The position numbers and the translations under genes were made by a program. Below, piece by piece: positions 33,982-42,734 of a stretch of 64,000 nt of DNA (position 1 is its first letter; every line of letters starts with the position of its first letter). The notes under the pieces were generated by a model. That model did no database searches. It saw only the letters and a list, made by a program, of their open reading frames with translations, and was not told where the DNA came from. Where the stretch lies: assembly GCA_004297735.1 (NCBI GenBank), contig SCTI01000002.1, positions 256,160-320,159 on the forward strand, given 5' to 3'. Origin of the DNA: Patescibacteria group bacterium (GTDB lineage: Bacteria > Patescibacteriota > Saccharimonadia > UBA4664 > SCTI01).

Positions 33982-34352
33982 TAGAATAAACTCCCAATCA
34001 CAAAGCCAACGATCTGTCGTGCCAACAGCGCTACAATTAGGCCGGTAACGGCGTAAACAATGGTGTTTTTAGCCTGCTTAATCCGATCTTGGTCGCCGGT
34101 AGAAGTGACATAACGTACCGCGCCTATTAGCAGAGCAATGACAGCAAGCGCGCCAACTAGGAAGAAAACCGAGTTGAGAATGTTTCCCAGGGCACCCTCA
34201 AATCCGCTCTTGTCACAAGGGGCACCAGCTGCACTGGCGCCTTTGCAGGCTGGACTCGGAGTATCTTCTGCCAAAGCGGCGAGGGGGGAGGATAAGACGG
34301 CTACTTGAACCGCAACCGTTACAGCAAGTAATTTTTTATTTAATGGCTTCAT
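33981..34352 (-). CDS. VirB2/TrbC-like pilin paralog 4
   Basis: Signal peptide ...ALA|EDT. Cys pair CKGASAAGAPC. The core is VFFLVGALAVIALLIGAVRYVTSTGDQDRIKQAKNTIVYAVTGLIVALLARQIVGFV. It overlaps the neighbouring genes by 1-4 nt. Confidence 0.6.
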   Translation of the reverse strand: MKPLNKKLLAVTVAVQVAVLSSPLAALAEDTPSPACKGASAAGAPCDKSGFEGALGNILNSVFFLVGALAVIALLIGAVRYVTSTGDQDRIKQAKNTIVYAVTGLIVALLARQIVGFVIGSLF

Positions 34353-34792
34353 TGCCCTAATGTTCCAATTACAAATCCAATAATAACACGTGCTAAAGCT
34401 ACCACCACCAGGCCAGCTACAGCGTAGGTAATGGTTTTTTTAGCCGATTCAACTCGGCCTCTATCGCCAGTTGAGGTTATGTAGCCGATTCCACCTATAA
34501 CCAGAAAGACAACCGATACCAGTCCGCCAATATAGATAAAGGCGTTGGTGAGGGTAGTAAGGTAGGCCGGCGTGCCGTCCTCTTGATTTTGAAGGTCACC
34601 AGCTTTGGTGCAGCCGGCCACGTCGCCACCAGCCTTCTTAATGTCCTCGCAAGCCGGCTTGGTAAGCAGGTCGGAGGGAGTGGCGGCTTGCGCTGTGTCC
34701 ATATGTAAAACTTGAGGCATTGCCACTACCGCCACGACGGCTAGCACAAGAGTGATAATTCCGGTAAGTATAAGCCGTTTCATGGCTTGCAT
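34349..34792 (-). CDS. VirB2/TrbC-like pilin paralog 5
   Basis: The start is the internal ATG (MQAMKRLILTG...), since the longer ORF-track start at 34855 would overlap paralog 6. Cys pair CEDIKKAGGDVAGC. The core is FIYIGGLVSVVFLVIGGIGYITSTGDRGRVESAKKTITYAVAGLVVVALARVIIGFV. Confidence 0.55.
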   Translation of the reverse strand: MQAMKRLILTGIITLVLAVVAVVAMPQVLHMDTAQAATPSDLLTKPACEDIKKAGGDVAGCTKAGDLQNQEDGTPAYLTTLTNAFIYIGGLVSVVFLVIGGIGYITSTGDRGRVESAKKTITYAVAGLVVVALARVIIGFVIGTLGQ

Positions 34793-34820
34793 TGTATCTG
34801 ATGTCAGATGGGGTGTAAAG

Positions 34821-35258
34821 TTAGCCCGACGGACTACTGGCAATAACAAAGCCAACTATTGCTCCGGCGGTAATTGACACAACCAGACCAATAATGGCGT
34901 AGGTTATGGTATTTTTGGCACTTTGAATCTTTCCGCTATCCCCATTGGAGCTGGAGTATTTAATTCCACCAATAACAAGGTAAATTACCGATAGGGCACC
35001 GGCAACAGTCGACAACACACCCACAGCGGTTTTAGCAATATTACTTAAGCTAATAACAGGTATTCCGAGTGGGTCATGAGACCTCTCGCCAGCTGGCTTT
35101 TGCGAAGGGGAGTCGAGACAGTTTTTATAGTCTGCATCCTTACAGCCAGTGATGCTTTCGGCAGCCATGGTTGGCTGAAAAGAAAAACCGAGAGCTACGA
35201 TAAGAGTAGTCGCTAAAGTTAGGCCTGTTGCAAAACGCTTGAGCTTCATACTGATCAT
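34821..35258 (-). CDS. VirB2/TrbC-like pilin paralog 6
   Basis: Signal peptide ...TMA|AES. Cys pair CKDADYKNC. The core is LSTVAGALSVIYLVIGGIKYSSSNGDSGKIQSAKNTITYAIIGLVVSITAGAIVGFV. Confidence 0.6.
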   Translation of the reverse strand: MISMKLKRFATGLTLATTLIVALGFSFQPTMAAESITGCKDADYKNCLDSPSQKPAGERSHDPLGIPVISLSNIAKTAVGVLSTVAGALSVIYLVIGGIKYSSSNGDSGKIQSAKNTITYAIIGLVVSITAGAIVGFVIASSPSG

Positions 35259-35283
35259 CCTATCTCATTTAGACATTGCTATG

Positions 35284-35607
35284 CTAGTCGAACTGCCGAA
35301 CAAGGTATTCAACAATAAGGTATGAGCCGCTAGCCAAAATAAGACCTAGCACCGCGTAGGTGATGGTATTTTTAGCTTCGGAAACCTTTCTAGGGTCACC
35401 CTGCGAGGTGATGTATTGAATACCTGCCCAGGTCACAATAATAACGGCTACCACGCCGCACAGAGTAGTTATTAGTTGGATGGCGTTGGCCAACAAAATT
35501 CCAAAAACATCAATATTATCAAACTTAGGTGGATTGGACAGACCATTATATAGACTAGGCAGGACATCGCGGCGATCCTGATCGGCCAATTTAACGATTA
35601 AACTCAT
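35284..35607 (-). CDS. VirB2/TrbC-like pilin paralog 7 (no obvious signal peptide)
   Basis: The core is LCGVVAVIIVTWAGIQYITSQGDPRKVSEAKNTITYAVLGLILASGSYLIVEYL. The N-terminal 40 aa are hydrophilic, with no signal peptide. The start overlaps the stop of paralog 8 by 4 nt. Confidence 0.5.
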   Translation of the reverse strand: MSLIVKLADQDRRDVLPSLYNGLSNPPKFDNIDVFGILLANAIQLITTLCGVVAVIIVTWAGIQYITSQGDPRKVSEAKNTITYAVLGLILASGSYLIVEYLVRQFD

Positions 35608-36053
35608 CTAAACACCTTTGCCCCTTCTGGTAGCAGAAACTGCAGAATTGAGAACATAAGTAAGTATAGAACCAAACCAGTAACCGCTCCCTTTAATCTA
35701 TCTTTAGCCCCTTGAACCTGACTTGAGTCTCCGGCGGAGATAACATACTGGAATCCAGCTATCGCCACTATTAGTATGAGAATGAGGCCAAAAATAGCAC
35801 TAAACCAGCGAATGGCAGCAGATAAAAAGGCGAAGATAGGGTTTTGCGAACTGTCGCCAATGCACTCGTCGCCCAGGGTGTGGTTAGGGGTCCCGCTCTT
35901 ATCCCTGCCATTCCATATTGTACTAACCGGCACCCCACCTTTATCTTTACAGGCTTTTTGCAAATCGGTATCAGCATAGGCTGGCGCGCTAAAGCTGCCA
36001 AGCATTGTGACTAGCATGGCGGGAACCATAAGAATGAGAGCAAGTCGTTTCAT
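35604..36053 (-). CDS. VirB2/TrbC-like pilin paralog 8 (first gene of minus-strand array)
   Basis: Signal peptide ...APAYA|DTD. Cys pair CKDKGGV...DEC. A divergent core is FSAIFGLILILIVAIAGFQYVISAGDSSQVQGAKDRLKGAVTGLVLYLLMFSILQFLL. Confidence 0.55.
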   Translation of the reverse strand: MKRLALILMVPAMLVTMLGSFSAPAYADTDLQKACKDKGGVPVSTIWNGRDKSGTPNHTLGDECIGDSSQNPIFAFLSAAIRWFSAIFGLILILIVAIAGFQYVISAGDSSQVQGAKDRLKGAVTGLVLYLLMFSILQFLLPEGAKVFR

Positions 36054-36142
36054 CTGCGCCCATTCTATAAACCTAAAGCATATCCTGTCAAAGCTAACGC
36101 TTATTGAAGATGGTGCAATTCAGGTAGAAATCTATTAAACTT

Positions 36143-38602
36143 ATGCTTATGAAGGTGGGTATTTACAAAAGATTTTCAATCGCCCTTATTTTAATTGCAG
36201 CGACTGCTAGCCTTGGCTTGCCATTTTTTAGTGAACCTGCTCATGCCGCCAGTGAAAGCTACCTATTCTTTTTTAAGGATGGTGACAAGAGTGATGTTCA
36301 AAAAGGGCTAGACGGCAAAACGGACCTAGATCGAAACAACCTCACAAAAACAACCGTTTACATAAAGGATGGCATTTTTGGGGATAATAAGGTGCCTTTA
36401 TATTATGATTCCTCCGGATCATCGGTAGCAGGAAAGCCGCGTTATACAACCACTTATTACTGCTTTAACAATAAGCCGGTGACTTCACTGCCCCCAAATC
36501 AAGCAATCCCTTCTTACCAGACCATTGAATTAACTGCAACGATCACGGGGAGTCCAGATGTTACAAAGAGTGGTATAAGCTCTCATATTTTACCAGCAAA
36601 ACTAAGCTATGATGCCACTTATATAGGAACGGGTCCCGGTTCAGTCCCTCGCTCCTGTCTACCTTCAGCCGTCAGTCCGAGTAGTAGTCAAGGTAGTGTG
36701 GGCTTAGAAAACTATAATCAGCTTACGTCCGGCGGCAAAAGAGCGTGGGGTAGCCTACAGACGAGTACTGAGGCTAGTGCCGCCTCCAACCCAAGCACAA
36801 GTGCTGGCACTGGAGAGGATGACGACGAGCCAACCTGTCAATCCGAAGGCGGCGCATTAGCCTGGGTTTTCTGCCCAATGATTGAAATAATTCATGACAC
36901 TGTTGGCAAGATGATGAAGGATTTCATTCTTAACCAACTAGAATATGACCCCCTGAGCGTCGTACCGGGCGACGGAAATACAGCGGCAAATAATTTATAC
37001 AACGTGTGGGGCAACATCCGTGCTCTTGCCAATATACTGTTTGTGCTAATCTTCTTGTTCATTGTATTTGCTAACACGGTCGGTATGAATATCAATGCCT
37101 ACACCGTTAAAAAAATGCTGCCCCGTCTGGTCGCTGCGGTTGTACTGGTTCAGGTTTCATTTATTATCTGCTCCTTAGTTATTGATGCTGGAAATATAGC
37201 CGGACAAGGACTAGGTAGCCTTATAACCACCGCTCTTCCAGGCGCAGTAACCGAAGGGGCGGGTAGTGGAATTGGGGTAGGCTGGTCGGTTTTGAGTGGA
37301 GCTATTTTAGCCATTTTAGCGGTGGTCATCATTACAAAAATTGGTATTGCTGCGGTTCTTTTACTCGCATTAGGAGCGTTTTTCTCGGTTTTGTCGGTGG
37401 TTATAACGCTAATACTGCGCGACCTCATTATTAGCGTACTAGTAATTACCTCGCCACTTGCCTTTGCCGCCTGGGTCCTGCCAGGAACTGAGAAAATATT
37501 TAAAACTTGGTGGCGATTGTTTGTTCGCATAATTGTAATGTACCCAATGATTGTGCTGCTGTTTTCAGTGAGTAGCGTTCTGTCGGCAGCCAGCGCCGGT
37601 ACCACCGGAACGGCCGGTTTTGTTCAATCGGTTATCGCTGGAATATTCCCAATTATTGCCTTCTTTATGGTGCCATGGACCTTTAAGTGGGCCGGTGGCG
37701 CCATGGCAATGACGGCGGGTTATGTGGATGGCTGGACTAGCCGAGCAGGCGCGGCAACCGACAGAGGTCTTAGGAATAGCAAGCCCTACCAAGCTAACCA
37801 GCAGCGCCTCCAGGCACGGCGCGATTTAAGAAGCAGCCAGAAGCTCGGAAATCAATTAGGTAGCAGTAATGCTGCCAGGAGGGCCTGGGGAACTTTTATG
37901 GCTACGGGGGCGCCATTTGGGGGAAGGCTTAACCCAAATGGTGGATGGGGCAAAACAAGTCCTGCGGTTCAGCAAAAAGCCGATGACGCATTAAAGCAAG
38001 CCCGGGAAACCGCCCAAAATAATCTCCAGAACACCGGCACACAAGACCTTAAAGATAAGTTTGCAGCAACCGATGCTAGCGGCAAACTCAAGAACAAGAC
38101 AATGGGTGTGGCAGCAATTGGTGAGCTTGCAAAGCGGGGTCAGCTTACCAGTCAACATTTGGCGGCAATTCAAAAGACGTACGGAGCTGGCAGCCGTGAG
38201 GCAGGAATAGCCATGAAGTATGCACAGGGTCAGATGAGTGATAAGGCTAAAGATAATCACCCAATTTTGGCTTATGCGGACGCCGGCGCCAAGATTGATG
38301 CTGCCGGTAACTTTACCGAAATCAGCAAGAGCACTCATGACAGAATCACACAGAACACCTCTCCAAAATCGCTTGGTAGTCTGACTCAGCAGGGCCTGGC
38401 GGACATGCTGAACGCCACTGTTAAAGATGAAAAAGGCAACGACATGACATATACAGATAGTCGAGGAAATACTCGGAAGAGAAATGGCTTAGATGCTGTA
38501 GCCACGCACACCCTAAATGCCGCGGTTAATGATCCGAAGATTACTCGCAACATGCATCCAGACGTCCTTCGTGACCTTAGGGCTGAAGCGAGGAATCGCT
38601 AA
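36143..38602 (+). CDS. VirB6/TrbL-like polytopic membrane protein with large N- and C-terminal hydrophilic domains (paralog A)
   Basis: The 819-aa product has a signal peptide and a Ser/Thr-rich ~250-aa extracytoplasmic domain. The central block has at least 6 TM helices (ANILFVLIFLFIVFANTVGMN...LVAAVVLVQVSFIICSLVIDAGN...). The charged C-terminal tail is about 300 aa. It is transcribed divergently from the pilin array. Confidence 0.65.
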   Translation: MLMKVGIYKRFSIALILIAATASLGLPFFSEPAHAASESYLFFFKDGDKSDVQKGLDGKTDLDRNNLTKTTVYIKDGIFGDNKVPLYYDSSGSSVAGKPRYTTTYYCFNNKPVTSLPPNQAIPSYQTIELTATITGSPDVTKSGISSHILPAKLSYDATYIGTGPGSVPRSCLPSAVSPSSSQGSVGLENYNQLTSGGKRAWGSLQTSTEASAASNPSTSAGTGEDDDEPTCQSEGGALAWVFCPMIEIIHDTVGKMMKDFILNQLEYDPLSVVPGDGNTAANNLYNVWGNIRALANILFVLIFLFIVFANTVGMNINAYTVKKMLPRLVAAVVLVQVSFIICSLVIDAGNIAGQGLGSLITTALPGAVTEGAGSGIGVGWSVLSGAILAILAVVIITKIGIAAVLLLALGAFFSVLSVVITLILRDLIISVLVITSPLAFAAWVLPGTEKIFKTWWRLFVRIIVMYPMIVLLFSVSSVLSAASAGTTGTAGFVQSVIAGIFPIIAFFMVPWTFKWAGGAMAMTAGYVDGWTSRAGAATDRGLRNSKPYQANQQRLQARRDLRSSQKLGNQLGSSNAARRAWGTFMATGAPFGGRLNPNGGWGKTSPAVQQKADDALKQARETAQNNLQNTGTQDLKDKFAATDASGKLKNKTMGVAAIGELAKRGQLTSQHLAAIQKTYGAGSREAGIAMKYAQGQMSDKAKDNHPILAYADAGAKIDAAGNFTEISKSTHDRITQNTSPKSLGSLTQQGLADMLNATVKDEKGNDMTYTDSRGNTRKRNGLDAVATHTLNAAVNDPKITRNMHPDVLRDLRAEARNR

Positions 38603-38697
38603 AAGCCGACTTACCTTAACCCGCTTATCCTTGTATCTGTACACCAGATGGGATACGATGTTCTATTCGTCTTTGTATAAAGGTAGAGCAAATTATC

Positions 38698-41010
38698 ATG
38701 CAGACAATCAGGCGAGCAGTACTGGCGGCGCTGCTGGCATACACCATGCTGATCGGTATTATTGGACCGCTCAGCCAGATGTCGTTGACCGCTGGTGCCA
38801 AGCCCGCGGCTTTTAGCATTGGTAAGCCCGCCTACGCCGCCACCGCGCAAGAAGCATGTAGCTCTTATACGGGCAAAGATAAGTCTGCCTGCGAGTCCGG
38901 GTACAGGGGTGGCGATGACGGTAAGACCCGTTCTGAAACTTGTGACAGGTATGCCAATAGCAATCAAAGTGCCTTAGCCTGCTCGGCTGGATTTGATGCG
39001 GCGTTGATGTTGCACAATGGTAATCCAACCACCACTAGTTCAAATGGCGAGTCTGGCTCAACCGATCGCGAAGAGGGCTGCGCTAAGGCTCAGGGGCCAG
39101 CGGCTTGGTTTACCTGTCCAATGTTTGATCGCATCACCAACTTTATGGTTGAGGGCGGCCAAGAGATTATTAGGCAGTTCTTGGTAATTGAGCCGCTTAA
39201 GTTTGAGGGTCCAATGTATGACACCTGGAATACGGTTCGTACGCTTACAAATGTGCTGTTTGTATTGATCTTTTTGGTGGTTATATTTGGCAACACAGTC
39301 GGTATGAGCGCCTACCATATTCGCAGCATGATACCAAAGTTGGTTGTGGCGGTTTTACTGGTGCAAGCATCATTCTTAATCACCGCGGTAGGGGTTGATA
39401 TTGGCAACATTCTTGGAGCTGGGGTGGTTCAGTTGATATCGGGCGTAATGAACCATGGAGCGACCGTTAGCGGGCCCAGTGGTGACGCCTTAGCGGGTAA
39501 CCTCTTTTTAGCGGCCGGGTTGGTTGTTTTGGTAACAATCGGGTGGGAGATTGCCGGACCTTTGTTGCTATTGGTGTTTTTGAGCGCCATCGCCATGATT
39601 GTAACTTTAGCTTTTCGCTACTTTTTAATTGGCGTACTGATTGTTGTTTCTCCGCTAGCCTTCGCGGCGATGGTGTTGCCAGGAACAGAACAGTACTTTG
39701 ACCGCTGGCGCAGCACTTTTATTAGACTTATTTTAATGTACCCAATCATCATGGCGTTACTGGCTCTGGCCGCAAATGTAGGGGCATTAATGCCGGTGTC
39801 GGCTGACAGTGGTGCGTTTGGCGGCGATGCCGCCCAAGCCCTGGCGCCAATTGTAATTAAGGTCTTGGTTTTAATTGCCTGTTTTTCGGCCGTACCAATG
39901 ACCTTTAAGTGGGCCGGCGGTTTTATGGAGCTGGCTGCCAGTCGGATAGATGATATTCGCAAGGGCGGTCACCGCGCGGTTAGAGGTAGCGATGCGTGGA
40001 AGGCGGGGCGTCACCGTCAGGCTAGTCGGGCGGCCAACCGGGCCGATCGAGCGGCGGCGTTTGCCAACGAAGGAGCCGGTAAAAACATTTTTGGCCGCGA
40101 CAACTCGGCCAGCAGGTTCTTACAGGGGGCCTTGGTTGGAGTGGCTGGTGCGTCGGCAGGTGGCGGCCTGGATGGCGCTCTAACACGGGAACGACGCAAG
40201 CAAGCGGCCATTGGTAAAATTATGGATGACTTTAAGAGTCTGAACGTGTCGCGCGGAGACAAGCAAAAGCTGGTGGCGGCCCGGTCTAAGCGAGAGGTGC
40301 CGGCCAGCCTGCAGCCTTACTACTCAACACTTGGGCAAGCGGCGGCGTTTCGTTCGCTCAACAAGGATAAGGCCCGGGGTGAGGCGGCGAGCAGTGAGGC
40401 GGCTCTGGCGGCAATGGCGGTTACCGCCGAAGGAAAGCGGCGAGCCGAAGAGATTCGCAAGCTGGCCTACCAAGGTGAAGGCGGAGCAATGTATGGCGCC
40501 GACCCGGCTCTGGCTAATGGTGGTCTGGGCGGTAAACAAGCGCTTAAGCCCGGTTCTGGTAGCAAGATTAAATCGAGCGATGTAGCTGGCATTATGTCGA
40601 ATGTTGATTCGGTCCGCCGCAACTTTGGCCACAGCCTGAGTGGTGGGGTAGAAAAAGCCACCCGTCAAATGGGAGCGGTTAATGCAGCAGGCAAGGTAAC
40701 CGGCCCCGATTTTGTTGAGCAGCACTTGCAGGCCCACGGCCTGGTTGGCGGTCTGGCCACCGACTTAAGTGTTCAGGCCTTTAAGGACTCCTTAAAAGGT
40801 CGGCATTTCTCGGAGACATCGGGTGATGCTAGACGTGAGATGAAGGACGTATTAACCAATGCCGAAGCTGGCCGGCGAATTATGGTGCTGCAAAACTTTG
40901 AGGCGAGCTTGCGGGCAGCTGGTCGCACCACCGAAGCCAACGAGGTACAACGGCGCCATACCAATCTGCAAAACCTACGTAACGAAGCCAATACTTTAAT
41001 TACCGACTAA
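38698..41010 (+). CDS. VirB6/TrbL-like polytopic membrane protein (paralog B)
   Basis: The 770-aa product has the same architecture, and its TM block aligns with paralog A (TNVLFVLIFLVVIFGNTVGMS...LVVAVLLVQASFLITAVGVDIGN...WAGG). Confidence 0.65.
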   Translation: MQTIRRAVLAALLAYTMLIGIIGPLSQMSLTAGAKPAAFSIGKPAYAATAQEACSSYTGKDKSACESGYRGGDDGKTRSETCDRYANSNQSALACSAGFDAALMLHNGNPTTTSSNGESGSTDREEGCAKAQGPAAWFTCPMFDRITNFMVEGGQEIIRQFLVIEPLKFEGPMYDTWNTVRTLTNVLFVLIFLVVIFGNTVGMSAYHIRSMIPKLVVAVLLVQASFLITAVGVDIGNILGAGVVQLISGVMNHGATVSGPSGDALAGNLFLAAGLVVLVTIGWEIAGPLLLLVFLSAIAMIVTLAFRYFLIGVLIVVSPLAFAAMVLPGTEQYFDRWRSTFIRLILMYPIIMALLALAANVGALMPVSADSGAFGGDAAQALAPIVIKVLVLIACFSAVPMTFKWAGGFMELAASRIDDIRKGGHRAVRGSDAWKAGRHRQASRAANRADRAAAFANEGAGKNIFGRDNSASRFLQGALVGVAGASAGGGLDGALTRERRKQAAIGKIMDDFKSLNVSRGDKQKLVAARSKREVPASLQPYYSTLGQAAAFRSLNKDKARGEAASSEAALAAMAVTAEGKRRAEEIRKLAYQGEGGAMYGADPALANGGLGGKQALKPGSGSKIKSSDVAGIMSNVDSVRRNFGHSLSGGVEKATRQMGAVNAAGKVTGPDFVEQHLQAHGLVGGLATDLSVQAFKDSLKGRHFSETSGDARREMKDVLTNAEAGRRIMVLQNFEASLRAAGRTTEANEVQRRHTNLQNLRNEANTLITD

Positions 41011-41065
41011 CTCCTTACCGGTCGACAACCATAACCATTTTTTATAAGATAGGGTCAGGAGAGGT

Positions 41066-42010
41066 ATGGGCACATATAAGGTTCCACAGAACGTTGAGGC
41101 CGAGGATAAAATCCTAGGGCCGTTGTCGCTCAAGCAGTTCATTTATGCACTGATTGGCTTGGCGTGGGGCTTTTTAACCTTCGCGCTGTTTCGCCAGGTG
41201 ATTGTGCTGTGGGTTTTAATTGGTATTCCACCGGCACTTTTCTTATTGGCGCTTGGACTCTACCAGAAAGAGGATCAGCCGCTTGAGACCTTTGTAATTG
41301 CCATTTTCCAGTTCCTGGTTAGACCAAAGACCAGACTATGGCACAAGGAGCCAATTGCCGAGGTGTTTCGCCTAGAGCCACCCCCACCCAAGGCCGAGAT
41401 CGCTCACCGAGATCCACGCGAAGTTAGGGGACAGCTGCAGCGTTTAGCCGAGCTGGTTGATACACGAGGTTGGTCGGCCAAGCAGCCAGAGCTACAAGAG
41501 GCGGGGGACGAAGCTCCGGTAATCGACTTAATGGACCGGATTGGTGCCGGTGCGCTGGTGCCACAACAAACCCCTTCACTGGGTGGAGCAGCGGTACTAA
41601 CTCCAGCGCCAGCCGGCATGGTGGCGGCACCCGCTACTACCGACGCCCCCGCCGCACCTAATCCTGGCGACCCAGGTATTACCGAAGAAGATGACATCTT
41701 GGCCGAAGGTGGCCAGGTCAGCCAAAACCTTAACACGCTGATTCAAAACAGCGTTAAAAGTATGCGCGCCGAAGCGGTTGAACGCATGAAAAAACCGACC
41801 GCTCCGGTTGCAGCGAAAAAGGTTTCGCCCACCACTCCAAGCACAAGCGGATTAACAGCGCCTCTATCTGGTGATATACTTAAGCTAGCAACTGAAGGTG
41901 GAGATCTGACGGTGGCTCAAATTGCCGCTCAGGCTCACAGGAAACAAGATTTAGTAGAGGGTCAAACGGTACAAGTTCGGAATGGCAACACCACAACCAC
42001 AACCAGCTAA
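41066..42010 (+). CDS. VirB3-like membrane protein with long Pro/Ala-rich C-terminal region
   Basis: The N-terminal two-TM hairpin is LSLKQFIYALIGLAWGFLTF...VLWVLIGIPPALFLLALGLY. Its pattern and its position immediately upstream of VirB4 are VirB3-like. It overlaps the next ORF by 29 nt. Confidence 0.5.
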   Translation: MGTYKVPQNVEAEDKILGPLSLKQFIYALIGLAWGFLTFALFRQVIVLWVLIGIPPALFLLALGLYQKEDQPLETFVIAIFQFLVRPKTRLWHKEPIAEVFRLEPPPPKAEIAHRDPREVRGQLQRLAELVDTRGWSAKQPELQEAGDEAPVIDLMDRIGAGALVPQQTPSLGGAAVLTPAPAGMVAAPATTDAPAAPNPGDPGITEEDDILAEGGQVSQNLNTLIQNSVKSMRAEAVERMKKPTAPVAAKKVSPTTPSTSGLTAPLSGDILKLATEGGDLTVAQIAAQAHRKQDLVEGQTVQVRNGNTTTTTS

Positions 42011-42734
42011 AAAGGGCCCAAAAAAGAACGGGACCCAGGACACCATTTTAATTTCGGAGATCCGAGATGGAATTGTGGTGATGCGTGATGGCAGCTTACG
42101 GGCCGTAGTTATGGCCAGCGCAATTAACTTCGACTTAATGAGCCCTCAAGAACGCGACTCGGTTGAGTACGCCTACCAGAGCTTTTTAAACTCGCTTCAC
42201 TTTCCAGTTCAGATCCTAATTAAGTCACAGAAGCTCGATTTAGATAACTACATCGCCAAACTGGCTCAGCTGCGCCAAGACCAAGACAACGATTTGCTCG
42301 GTCTACTAATGGACGACTACATTGCCAACATTCAATCGCTGGTTGACGAGGTGAACATCATGGATAAGCAGTTCTATGTGGTGGTTCCGTTCTTCCCGCC
42401 AGCAATGACCAAGGTTAAGAAGGGTAATTTGGCTACCGGCTTAATGGGTGCCTTAAAACAGCAAGACGTAACCACCGTAAACGAAACCGATTTTGCGGCG
42501 TTTAAGGAAGAGTTAACCCAGCGGGTTCAAATGGTATCATCGGGACTCAGTCAGATGGGGGTACGCAACATTCCACTTAACACCCAGGAGCTAATTGAGC
42601 TTTATTACAGCAGCTACAACCCAGATGTGGCCCAAAACCAGCGCTTAACCGAAGCAGCGCAGCTGCAAACCGCCGCGGTCACCAAGGGTGAGGGGCAGGC
42701 TCCAACTCAACTAGCTCAAGGAGGACCTTTCTAG
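41982..42734 (+). CDS. VirB4/TrbE/CagE-family ATPase, N-terminal domain ORF (split gene or frameshift)
   Basis: The 250-aa product reads ...DTILISEIRDGIVVMRDGSLRAVVMASAINFDLMSPQERDSVEYAYQSFLNSL..., the conserved VirB4 N-terminal (CagE_TrbE_VirB) pattern. Its stop TAG overlaps the GTG of the next ORF by 1 nt, in a different frame. Confidence 0.7.
   Translation: MATPQPQPAKKGPKKNGTQDTILISEIRDGIVVMRDGSLRAVVMASAINFDLMSPQERDSVEYAYQSFLNSLHFPVQILIKSQKLDLDNYIAKLAQLRQDQDNDLLGLLMDDYIANIQSLVDEVNIMDKQFYVVVPFFPPAMTKVKKGNLATGLMGALKQQDVTTVNETDFAAFKEELTQRVQMVSSGLSQMGVRNIPLNTQELIELYYSSYNPDVAQNQRLTEAAQLQTAAVTKGEGQAPTQLAQGGPF

Noticed and set aside
32673-36053. Interpreting the eight small genes as type IV (PilA-like) pilins or competence pseudopilins
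   Set aside because: They have cleavable Sec-type signal peptides and a C-terminal, not N-terminal, hydrophobic hairpin. There is no G|F(T/S)L(I/L)E prepilin motif. The layout matches VirB2/TrbC-type pilins instead.
37150-40737. Several 110-150-aa minus-strand ORFs (37150-37605, 39618-39962, 40324-40737) and plus-strand 40331-40585
   Set aside because: All are embedded antisense or out-of-frame within the two VirB6-like genes and have Arg/Ala-rich wrong-frame composition.
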